From: Leptogorgia sarmentosa
Lineage: Eukaryota
DNA length: 64,000 nt
Assembly (NCBI GenBank): GCA_964658305.1
Contig: OZ210885.1
Span: 25,420,001-25,484,000 of the forward strand
Direction: 5' to 3'
Below the pieces are notes generated by a model that was given only the letters and a program-made list of their open reading frames with translations, did not search any database and was not told the origin of the DNA. The position numbers and the translations under genes are program-made. Each line of letters opens with the position of its first letter. Position 1 is the first letter of the stretch. Positions 25,911-37,654 of this stretch are shown piece by piece.

Positions 25911-26601
25911 CCTTGTGAATGGTAAATATGTACCAAGTACCATCTTCCTACTAACTTTGGATCGGAATTTGAGGTCCAAACCTTTAAATACAAAATAAAC
26001 CTACTGAATATATCCTGCAAACCGTACAGAGCAAGAGGAAAAGTCTCGTAAAATCCATGAGCTTGTCATGACCATCTCCTGAGTTAGTATGGTTAGGTCC
26101 CTAGAAAAAATGAAAAAATAAATATTTTATCAGGATGCATAATATCAATCATGCGAATTATTAGCTGGCTTTTACACATTTCTACCATGCCTGTTGCTTG
26201 TGGCACCTTGCCATTACATATCTAGGTATGGTATATGCCATAAAACTAACAATAGAATAATAGATACCATTGAAGTGAATTTGTCCCAACATTTCCCCTA
26301 CGTGCTAATCCGTCCGGATCTACCATGGTCATTACATCATACACCAAATCTCTTGGTACAGCCAATTGGTGTTGTTCCATGATTTTTTTATGCATTGCTC
26401 AATAACCAAGCAACTGACCAGGTGTCTATTTCATGGCGTACTATTCACATACTGGATGCCAAAATGACTAAGTCCTCCGTCCAATGTTCCCAAACTCCAT
26501 GTGTATTAAGGGTAGTCCCTTTTAACGAAGTTTAAAACTTCTTTGCGACAAAGATTCTGGCTAAAGATCATCTCTCAAGATTTCGTCGTCTTTCTGCCAT
26601 A
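25911..26601 (-). pseudogene. Fragment of a divergent IS3EU-like transposase (not in the ORF track)
   Basis: Hand translation: EVLNFVKRDYP*YTWSLGTLD..LLGY*AMHKK..VPRDLVYDVMTMVDPDGL, intron, GPNHTNSGDGHDKLM..FPLALYGLQDIFSRFILYLKVWTSNSDP. Confidence 0.7.
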
Positions 26602-27809
26602 TGGAATTAATTTTGATAACTGAACAAATGCTCTTGCCTCCAGGGGCGGATCTAGGATTTTTCAAATGCGAGTCAAAAATTTTTTAGAGCCATTAGTGGG
26701 CATGGCTTTGAATTTCACAAAGGCATGACCAAAGCGAGAGGGACGATAAAGACCCTGGGTACGAGGCGTGACATTTATGATTTTTCAAAGCTTGTCTGCG
26801 ATCTGTGTCTGCAAATTTATTTTGACTGTTTCGCTATTTCAGGACTCATCAGCATGCCTAGGATACACATATTGTCAAGATTTGCAAAAAACGAGAAAAA
26901 TATTCTTGATTTAAGAAACAATATCTTGTCAAGAAAATCTTAATACGATTTTGTCCCATACGTGACAAAATTTTTCTAGGTAAGAAAATTATGCTTGAAT
27001 TTAAGAAATTATATGTTGTCAGAATAGAAAAAATATCCTATTGAAATCTTAGAAAGATTTTTTTTCTATTTATCACATTTTTCCTTGTAGCACAATTATT
27101 CTTGAATTAAGATAATATATCTTATCAAAATAGAAATATTATCGTGTCGAGATCAAAATTCCATGCATTTGTTCTGCGTGGCAGGAAATTCCAGGATATA
27201 GTTACCATGCATATATTTAATCAATTATGGGTATTATACACCTGACAAAATATTTTAACTAACAATGTTTAACTTATAAAATACTCTGCATAATCTAACG
27301 AATATCAAGCAATAGTTCAACAGCGATAGTTGCTAAACATTATAATATGGCGTTCCAATACAGCCAAAATTACTTATATGTACAAAATACATATGAATCA
27401 CCCCAACTGGATATAATATGTCGCAAAATATAATCTAAATACTCAAAAAAACGTTGTATTGCCACAATGTTCATATAAAACGACACACAAAATAAATGTA
27501 ACTCATAAAAACATTTCGAAACACACTCGATCCGTACCGTGACACAAAATTAATTCGATGTTCACTTAGCAACCGTCCCATCACATAAAAATAATTTGAG
27601 CATTCAAAACATGTTCGTCACAAAGATCAAAGATTAGATATCAAATGGAAGTAAACGTTAACTGTAAAAGCTTTTGACAGGAAACTATCGCAGGAAACGG
27701 AAGTACACATGGAATACATGTACACATGATTTACATGAAGTTATTGCCACAAAAAGATCATGCAAATGAGGTGAGAATTGTGTGAATTAGCAGCGGAAAA
27801 TACGAAAAT

Positions 27810-29302
27810 ATGAATAACAACAATATTACTCAGCTTGTTCGTTCAGTCGTATCTTCGCTACAGAATTTACCAACATCAGGCTCCCAATCCTCTGGGAGTT
27901 CGAGCGGCAATAACAGCAGCACAAACAGGAATATAAATCATGAGTCTGTAAACGAAGAAGTTTCTGAGAGGTTTCGACTTCCTCGTGGTCGGAACGACAG
28001 TTCAGCAAGACGATTACCTAGAGCAAGAAATGGACGCTTTGTTCCCTACACTACTGCTGCCAAAGCTGTTAGAGAAAAAGGAAAAGCAGACATTATCATT
28101 AAAGATGTTTGTTTCCATCACCACGTTGGAAAGAAGTTCCCAGAAGGCAATTTAAACAAGAATTGATCAGCAGAAACTTATTCATTGTTTATTACACTCA
28201 CAATGACATCTGTAAAACCTGAATGTTTGGAAATAGCTAAGTTGGCAAACCAACATAATTTATAATTTATGTTCTTGAATATTTTTTCTTTGCAACACAA
28301 CATTTATATAATTCTGTAATCACACTGTATAAACCAAATTTCCTGTTATTTATATTCCATTTATTCTGTGGTACATGCACCTGTATAGCAATATGATTTT
28401 CTTCATTTAGTTTTGAATTTGTTAAATCTGTTGGCAACAAAATCACAAATGTCAAACTTGCTGACAGGCAAGAAGCAAATGCCAGAATTGTCAGGCATAT
28501 TGCTGGAAATGGTCCCATTTACATCTGTTGCCTATCTCCTAACGATGATGATGAGGTAAATTAATGAGTAGCTAATTTGAAACGGGAACCTTGCTGGCAT
28601 GATTTTTTTTAAGCATGAATTGTTTCCAAATACATTGATACTTATTTTCTTGTATTCTAAGGAAGAAGATATTGCCTTTACATCAGAGCAAATGACCTCT
28701 TTTTGCCTTCATGGAATTCTACTGTCAAGGAAGGCAGAGCTTGATCAGTTTGTTCTTGGCTTGGGACCATTGGTTGACATCATTAAACAACACCCAAAAA
28801 CAATGGAGCCGCTTTTTTTGGCTGGTAGCGAGAAACTGCTGACTGCTGAAGAGTTTCTCTCACTTGTTGAGTATGACAATGTGAATGATTCATTGAAGCA
28901 ACACTTTATACGATATGTACATTTACCAGGTAACAACTTATTGCCAAATAATGTGGATAATGTAATTTGTCCATATTATATGAGAGACAGAACTGAGAAC
29001 ACTACTGCCAACAATCATCATGATTAAGGTAATTAAGCTTGATGAATTTAATTTACTTTTTTTCTCTAGACACACAGATACCCAGTCTTCTGAAGTTTGC
29101 AACTGGTACTCGTTCTATCCCCCCAATGGGTTTCTGCAACCCATCTCTTATAACGGTACTTCAAAACTTGTCAGTTTACCCCAATTCAAACACATGTCCC
29201 ATGGAATTGGAATTACCAGGTGGTGTTACAAGTTTCGAAGATTTTAAGAAGAATATGGATTCAGCAATAGGTTTTCAAGAGGAAGGGTTTGGCATTGTTT
29301 AG
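27810..29302 (+). pseudogene. HECT ligase partner gene of element C; frameshifted, N-lobe apparently deleted
   Basis: FEFVKSVG..RHIAGNGPIYI N-terminal domain; KAELDQFVLGL; LLKFATGTRSIPPMGF..YPNSNTCPMELELP..EEGFGIV. Confidence 0.82.
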
Positions 29303-30720
29303 CCGAATAACTTGTTACTGTAGTGTAGCCATTTAATTTACGAGAAGTTGTGTTTTTTAATACTTTGTTCAGTAGCAAGTTGATCCATTTCAATTGATAT
29401 TTTCTGTATACACTATTCATATTTCAACGTCAAATTGAAACAACAAATGACAACTTTAATTCTTGTTACTGGTAGGCTAGTTGTTGTAAATAGTTAAGAA
29501 TACCAAGAAATCTAACTACACCATCTTCGTCTCCTGCCTGTCCAATGCTGTTCGCTATTTGTTCAATTTGGCAGAGATTTTCCTCTCTCAAATTAATAGG
29601 AGACACAGGAACTGCAACTCTGTAGTCTGACTGCATGCCTGCTGGTGGACCATCTTCATCTATGCCATATTCATCCCAATTCACCTGCTGGTCACTTTGT
29701 ACACTATATACCGCACTATAGTTGGTGTTTCTTGCATCAATCATTCCTTGTACCCATAGCTGACGAGGGCTTAGATTCCTTTCTGTGCTCAAAGGATGAT
29801 TGTTCCATGCTTCACAAAGTTCGTTAAGTGCTGGTTGATGAGGGGAGTATAGACATAATGTAAAACAAATAAGTGTAGCTCATTGGTTGTATCAAGGGAC
29901 AGTGACTCAAGACAGGAAAAGATATTAACAAACCGGCTACATACTATACTGTTCACTTCTCTCCAAAGCCTTTCTATTCTCTGATTGTGCACAGATGTTC
30001 CCATTATGATACTTCCACGATTCAGACCATGAGATTCTAACATAAATCAGGCAACCTCAATATTTTCTAAACCTAGATCAGTTCGCACGCGTGAAGGCAG
30101 GTTATATTTATCCACAGCTTCTCTGAAACATTGCAAAACAGTCAAGGCTTGGTTGTTGGTAGCTACTTTCAAGAATACTATCATCCTCGAGAAGCCATCA
30201 ATTCCTCCATGGATTACAAAACGAAATGGCTGAATATGGCTGAATTAGTTTATGATTACCATCAAGGTGCCTAGTAACAAGCAGTTGATTGATTAGAACG
30301 TTTCCATAATTTTCTCTTTTAGGCCATTCGGGGGGGGGGGGGGAGGGGTGCAATCTGCATGCAGGGAGAAAGATGAGTAGAATTTACTGGTGAAGGTCAA
30401 ACGACTCAAGAAAAGCAAATTAATCTGGTCCACTAGCTATATTAAATTGTTAATCCATGCCACACTCATCCCCCAAAGCCACTATGGAAAAGTTTAGTTT
30501 GTTATTTAATAGTTCATACTTACCATAATGCATTTGGACATGGAACAGAATAACGTCGTCGTATAATACTCCTCGATGCTCTCAAGGTTATCATAACAGG
30601 GTCAACCCGACTGTAGTATTAGTTATCAGCAATTAGAATAACATTAGAATAATTAATGTACTAATTATAATATGGGTATAAATAGGGAGTAACTTTTTAA
30701 TAAAATCAGATAACACTACA

Positions 30721-30738
30721 TGGTGTCAGGAGTGGGAT
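30721..30738 (+). promoter_or_regulatory. Primer-binding site, tRNA-Leu(CAG)-like
   Basis: TGGTGTCAGGAGTGGGAT directly after the 5' LTR. Confidence 0.8.
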
Positions 30739-30845
30739 CATTTCAAACGTTGAGGCAAGAGGATTTTGGAGAATAGTGGAAGAGCGGTCGGTTGACGACT
30801 AAGAGGCGCCACTAACCTCTGCCTGCAATTGCAATTTGAATCCCA

Positions 30846-33800
30846 ATGTCGTTATCTCAAGAAACTACACGGTACGTGCAACATGTACAACAAGTACAAC
30901 CTCCAGAGAAGTTCAGTTTCAAACCCGAAGACTGGCAAAGATGGATTAGACGATTTGAACGATATAGAGTTGCATCAGCACTTGATAAAGCCAGCGACGA
31001 GAATCAAGTCAATACGTTAATCTACACGATGGGGACCGAAGCTGATGATATTATACAATCGTTGGGCATCTCAGAAGAGGAGCAGAAGAGATACGATGTA
31101 GTAAAACAGAAACTTGAAAATTTTTTATTATAAAAAGAAATGTTATATTCGAGCGGGCCAAATTCAATCTAAGATGTCAGCAAGAGAATGAACCAGTAGA
31201 GACATTCATCACAGACCTGTTCAGTCTGGCAGAACATTGTAAATTTGGCAGTCTCAGAGAAGAACTCATCCGAGACCGTATTGTTGTCGGGATTAGGGAC
31301 AAAATGTTGTCAGAGAAATTACAATTGGAAGCCGAATTGACTTTAGAAAAAGCTATGAACTTAGTTCGACAGCGGGAAACGGTAAGAAAGCAGCAAGAAT
31401 TCTTAAAAACGGAAGGAAAAGCTGTGGATAGTGTTAGGACAAGAATGAAGCGACATGCCACGGTGAACACTAAGATGAAAGTATTTGACCGAAGTAAGAA
31501 AGATGCTGATGAAATAAAATGCCAAAGATGTCTGGGACCAAAACACCTACCAAAGAATTGTCCTGCAAAAGAATCGAAGTGCCGAAAATGCGGTAAGAAA
31601 GGACATTGGCAGCGAGCGTGTAGGAGTAAAATTGAAAAACCGACAAATGAGGCTGTATCAGGTGAGATCGTTTCAAATGATTTATTCCTTGGCGAAATAG
31701 TTATCGAGAGTGTTGAATCGCACCCATGGGAAGCAGAAATAAGACTGAATGGTCAAAATTTCCAATTTAAATTAGATTCGGGTGCGGATGTCACTGTAGT
31801 CTCACCACAAATATATAAGCAAATAGCGAATAACCAATCATTAGAAATAACAGACAAAGTTTTAATTGGTCCGTGCAATTACCGATTAAAGTGTTTAGGA
31901 AAGTTTAAGGCAAAATTAAATGTAGAAGGGCATTCAATTGTTGAAGATGTTTACGTAGTTGAAGCATTAAACAGGCCATTGTTAAGCAAAAAGGCTTGTG
32001 TTTCACTCAGCTTATTGCGTAGGTGCAATGTCAATGAAATACATGAGCACACTAGACCTACCAAGTATATAAAGGCTGAACAACAAGAGTATAAACAAAA
32101 CATCATAAACATGTATCCAAAGCTATTTGAAGGTTTGGGCGAAATAGAGGGCGAATACGAAATTAAACTGAAACCCAATGCTCAACCATTTGCATTAAAC
32201 GTCCCGAGAAAATTACCTTTTCCTATGTTTGATAAAACGAAAAATGAAATTGATCGTATGCTGCAAATGGGGGTTATTTCTAAAATCGATCAACCCACCA
32301 ATTGGTGTGCTCCAATGGTAGTGACTAAAAAGGCAAGCGGTGATATTCGAGTGTGCGTTGATTTAACTAAACTAAATGAAAACGTACTTAGAGAAACATA
32401 TCCACTGCCGTCTGTTGAATTCACCATTAGTAAATTATCTAAATCCAAGAATCATCTTGTTTGTTAACAACATTTATTACTCCCTGGGGGCGGTATTGTT
32501 TTAATCGTTTACCGTATGGCATTTCAACAGGGAGTGAGCAATTCCAGAAGTGCATGAATGATATTCTAGCAGGGTTACCTGGAGTTGAAAGCGAAATTGA
32601 TGATTTAATTATACATGGTGAAACGCAAAAACAACATGATGAAAGATTACATGCAGTTCTTAGTACCCTACAAAAGGCAAATGTCACCTTGAATAAGGAT
32701 AAATGCATATTTAATGTTACGACAATCAAAGCCTTAGGACAAGTCATATCAGCTGAGGGTGTAGGACCGGACCCTGACAAGGTTAAAGCCATAAATGAAA
32801 TTCCATCACCTAAGTCTGTGTCAGAAGTAAGATCATTTCTAGGCATGATTAATCAGTTTAACAAATTTACAAAACACCTCGCTACTATATCGAAACCACT
32901 TAGGGAGTTACTAAGTAAAAGCAGTGCATGGCATTGGGGAGAATGCCAGGAAAAAGCATTTCAAGAGTTAAAACAGTGTTTAATATCAGCCCCAATCTTA
33001 GCGTTGTATGATCCAAATAAAGAAACCAAAATTAATGCTGATGCATCCTCCTATGGAGTTGGTGCTGTTCTTTTGCAAAAACAAAATGAAAAAGATTGGA
33101 AACCTGTTTCTTATATTTCGAGAGCTTTAACTGATACTGAAACGAGGTACAGTCAAATCGAAAAAGAAGCTTTAGCATTTACATGGGCCTGTGAGAGGTT
33201 CAGTGATTACATACTGGGTAAATCCATTATAGGTGAAACAGATCATAAACCGTTAGTGCCATTATTAACAACACATTTGTTAGATAAACTTCCACCACGC
33301 ATACAAAGGTTTAAAATGAGATTAATGAAATTTGACTTAGAGAAAATAGTGCACATTCCCGGAAAAGAAATGTACACCAGTGACGCCCTTTCGAGACTTA
33401 TGAGAAGGGACTCGAGAGGGGCCCCTAGTGTTTCGCATGATTGCTCATTTATTTCAGATGCAGAGATGAACTCGTTCATAGACTGCATATACCAAAGCCT
33501 TCCTGCCTCAGATAAGCGACTGAGAGAGATCGCAGAAGAACAACAAGAAGATGATGTATGTAAGAAAATACGACAATATTGTGAAGAAGGCTGGCCAGAA
33601 AGACAATCTGTTCCAGATATCATCAAACCATACTGGAGTGAGCGTGGCGAGATTTCAGTCTGTAAAGGTGTGATACTAAAAGGAAGCAGAATATTAATTC
33701 CATCAAGAATGAGATTGGATGTGCTAGACAAATTACTCCAAGGACACCTCGGAATTACGAAATGTCGAGAAAGATCTAAGCAGTCGGTATGGTGGCCAGG

Positions 33801-34721
33801 ATTAAGTACACAAATCCAGGAGTTAGTGAAGAATTGTCGGACGTGCGCTAGATATCAGGTGAACAAACCAGAACCGTTGATTCCCACTGCATTCCCTCAA
33901 TGACCATGGCAAAACGTTGCAGTAGACTTCTTTAAGTGTGAGAACCGAGAGTATCTGTTGGTAGTGGACTATTTCTCAAGATACATAGAGTTGTGTCCAA
34001 TGAAGAGCAAGACCGCGACGGAAGTGTGTAAGGTCATGCAGACGGTGTTTGCTAGATTTGGAATACCGGAAAAAGTGATATCAGAAAATGGCCCACCTTT
34101 CAACAGTGCTCAGTATGTGATGTTTGCCCAAGAGTGGGGATTCGAGATAAAGAATAGTAGTCCAAAGTATCTGCAGTCTAATGGTGAAGCCGAACGAGCT
34201 GTTCAGACCGTCAAGAAAATCATGAAGAAAGAGAAGGATATTGATAAAGTTCTGTTGGCTTATCGTTCAGCACCTTTGTCAAGCGGATACTCTCCGAGTT
34301 ATTAATGGGAAGAAAAATTCGCACCATGGTTCCAATCGTAGATACTCTATTGGACCCAAAATGGCCGGATGTACAAAAACTGCGGCAAAAAGAAGATGTT
34401 AGTAAATTAAAGCAAAAGCAATATTTCGATAATAGACATAGCGCCAGACCTTTACACCCCTTAAATCCAGGAACTGAAGTTCAGATCACCACCCATGCAG
34501 AACCAGGAGTGATCCGGAAAGAAACCGAATGTACAAGGCAATATGAAGTAGAGACACCTACAGGAACTATTAAAAGAAATAGAGTCCAGTTGGTTCCACT
34601 ACCGCGAGACACTGGTGAGAATCGGAAAAGGGAAACTTCTATTGAACCAGATCTTGTATCAAGACCAAAGAGAACTATAAAATTATCACTCAAAGCTAGA
34701 AAAAGTAAAGGACTGGATTAA
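30846..34721 (+). pseudogene. Gypsy gag-pol (CCHC knuckles, protease, RT, RNase H, integrase)
   Basis: CRKCGKKGHWQRAC, FKLDSGAD, RVCVDLTKLN, EIDDLII, ADASSYG, YSQIEKE, QSNGEAER; frameshifts, stops and a small RT deletion. Confidence 0.92.
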
Positions 34722-37654
34722 ATTAGATTTAATATTCATATTAACATGAACTATCATAAATCATAGGTGGTTTAGTTTTTAGAAAAAAAATAAACGAAAA
34801 AAAAAGGGCATGTAGTATTAGTTATCAGCAATTAGAATAACATTAGAACTAATTATAATATGGGTATAAATAGGGAGTAACTTTTTAATAAAATCAGATA
34901 ACACTACACCGACATAGACTATCTAGGACATGATGTCGTTGTATGTTCATGCCATGACGACGCAAGGCACCTTGCAGAAGCCTATAGCCAATTCTCGGAG
35001 TAACATCTAAACATTCCTGGACAATTTGATCAAGAGCATTGTCATCTATGTTAGTAAACGTCTGGTTACTGTTTGGCATTGAGAACAAACTCCTTCGGCG
35101 TCGTAATGTTCGTTCAGAAATTCCAAGATTGCAAGATATTTGAGCCCATGAAAATCCAACATTGTCATGAAGTGCTTCTAATAACTCATGTGATACGTCA
35201 AGACCTGGTCTACCTATTCCAGATCTTATTACTCTAACAGCAGATTGGGAGGTTGTTGCTGAACGATTCTAATTAGACTGCCCAAGTCGGTCAATAACTT
35301 GGAGGCGTGAAATCAAAACGCTCAAATTTCTTTCATAGCCATCAAGACGATGAGCCAAGAACTCTGCCAAATCAAATGTCAAATTCTCATTGAAAGAAGA
35401 TTGCAATAACGTTAGCAATCTGAAAAAATTCTTCAATTTGAAACTCATTTAATTGACTTCTTAGAGTCGCCATTCGCCATCACTCTATATTGCATAATGA
35501 GTAATAACTATTTTTATCTTACTTCCATTTCCCTTCAGATTGTACAAAAGCTTTTACAGTTTACGTTTACTTCCGTTTCCTGCGATAGTTTTCCTGTCAA
35601 AAGCTTTTATAGTTAACATTTACTTCCGTTTGATATCTAATCTTTGATCTTTGTGACGAACATGTTTTGAATGTTCGAATTATTTTTATGTGACGGGACG
35701 GTTGCTAAGTGAACATCGAATTAATTTTGAAATTTTTAAAAATCGAAATGTTTTTATGAGTTACATTTATTTTGCGTGTCGTTTTATATGAACATTGTGC
35801 CAATACAACGTTTTTTTGAGTATTTAGATTATATTTTGCGACATATTATATCCAGTTGGGGTGATTCATATGTATTTTGTACATATAAGTAATTTTGGCC
35901 GTATCGGAACGCCATATTATATAACGTTTGCCGCAGACTCGTAAACGAACGCCTAAAACAAGATTAACAATAAAGCAAACAACAGTTTTGTGGATAAAGT
36001 GTCGTGGAAAATGAGAGCAAGGAATAACTTAGTTACTCGGTAAAGCATTCAAACTGTTCTATAGCCTTCTTGACGTCGGCCTCGCAATCCGGATGAATTC
36101 AATTATCCTTGAAAATTAGCTGCTGCAGGAACGACATCAAGCCAGTTAGATGGGTAGTCCATATCCAGCAAGTAAAAGGTCGCAAGGAATGCAACCAGTG
36201 CACGCGAAGTTTCCTTTTCAAGGAAAATTTCTTTTCCTAACACCACCATCGCTCCATTACTCTTCGTAACCAACAAGCCAGGGACAGAGGCTTGCCGTTT
36301 TTGTTGCCACTTGTCAGGCTCCTTGTCATCCGAACAATTACAACATAAATTACGTCCCTCAGGTGAAAACGGTGCATACATGTATATACAGTACGCTCAA
36401 AGAGGCTTCCCCTTTCACATGCACATTAGATTCTAATACATGCCATGCGAACCGAACCATGCAAATAGTGTAATTTTTTTAAACTATTGAGAATAAATGG
36501 TCGTTTCAATATTCATTTTGTTGTAATTTAATTGTCGTTGAACAAAACATGCATTGTTTGATACCGACACAAATTACATCAACTGTTTTTCCTATTTATT
36601 GTGCTTACCTGCTTCTCAATAAATGCACTGTTGAACAAAGGTTTAGTTTCGGATGCAAACGGATTGAAAAATTTTAAATTTTCAAGCATAAGAATGCACT
36701 CAGTTCCGACTGTTGCATGCTGCCACGCCTGATCTTTTGCTCTGCTTTGCTTAACACGAGTTTCGTACGAAGGCTTTACGACAAATCGCGAGTTTGCATG
36801 GACGTACAGATACTTGACGTAAATGAACACTCGGAATTTGAAAAATGGCAAAAATGTGGTCGTGTAGTCTTTCTTTCGTACTCTCTGCTCTCACGTTGGG
36901 AGCATTAGTAAGCCATATTGCAATGCAGCATGCATCACAACCAAACTTTAAAGTTATCTGTGGAATAAATGGATGCCCAGATGAGTACATGAAAATTGAT
37001 TCGTATCGCAAACATCTTAGACGAAAGCATCCGGATGAAATGAGTGCCAAGGAAATACAGAATCCAGATGTCAAATACTTCGTCTGGCAATGTGTCAACT
37101 GACGGCGAACATTGTTCAAGCAAAACTGTACCGATAATAGTGTGCGTATTAAGCTGGTTTTAGTTACCGTATTTTCTCATAAACTAAGATAAATGATCTT
37201 AAATTTCAAGAAATATTTTCATTGTCAATTTAAAACAAAGAAAAAAGATCTTGTTAGCATAAAACAAGAAAAATGACTTTTTCCCCTTTCGAGGAAGAAA
37301 GTTTTTTCCTAAACTAAGAAAAATTATCCTCAAGTCACAATATCTCTCGTGGCTGACGTGTATATATATCTAGATCTTTTTTCTTAAAAAAAGGTGTATT
37401 ATCTTAATATTTCTAGCACCAAGTAAAATCATCTTATTTTGAGAAAGAAAAAAGTTTCTCCTTTTCTAGTCGAGAATAAATGTCTGTAAACAAGAAATAA
37501 TTTCTAAAAACTGGAACCATTATCTCCAACGAAGAAATAATTTCTTGAATTAAGAACAAATTTCTTCCCTAGTTTTTCATTTTTTGCAGTGTATTTTGGA
37601 ACTCAAATTACTGTATTTCATCAGTCATTGCTGTTTTTAGTATCCTAAAAATGT

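Larger units (their letters stand above)
30612..34908 (+). mobile_element. Ty3/Gypsy LTR retrotransposon, near full length, disabled
   Basis: 5-bp TSD CCGAC; LTRs 30612-30720 and 34811-34908 (TGTAGT..ACTACA); purine tract before the 3' LTR. Confidence 0.95.
29466..35473 (-). pseudogene. IS3EU transposase of element C, split by Gypsy, one intron (30271-30523)
   Basis: Removing the Gypsy restores [63 protein letters not shown]; several frameshifts. Confidence 0.88.
27346..35916. mobile_element. IS3EU-type DNA transposon C, decayed, containing a Gypsy insertion
   Basis: ~350-bp TIRs (27346-~27705 and ~35568-35916), TATGGCG..CGCCATA termini; flanks TTATAA / TTATAT (5 of 6). Confidence 0.9.
26880..37591. 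mobile_element. EnSpm/CACTA remnant hosting IS3EU element C
   Basis: Right end ..TTTTTTGCAGTG (CACTG terminus); TCTTGATTTAAGA-type AT-rich subterminal repeats at 26.9-27.15 and 37.15-37.57 kb; C2H2 ORF 36845-37102 and divergent ALVAFLATFYLLDMDYP ORF 36103-36381; left terminus degenerate. Confidence 0.6.
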
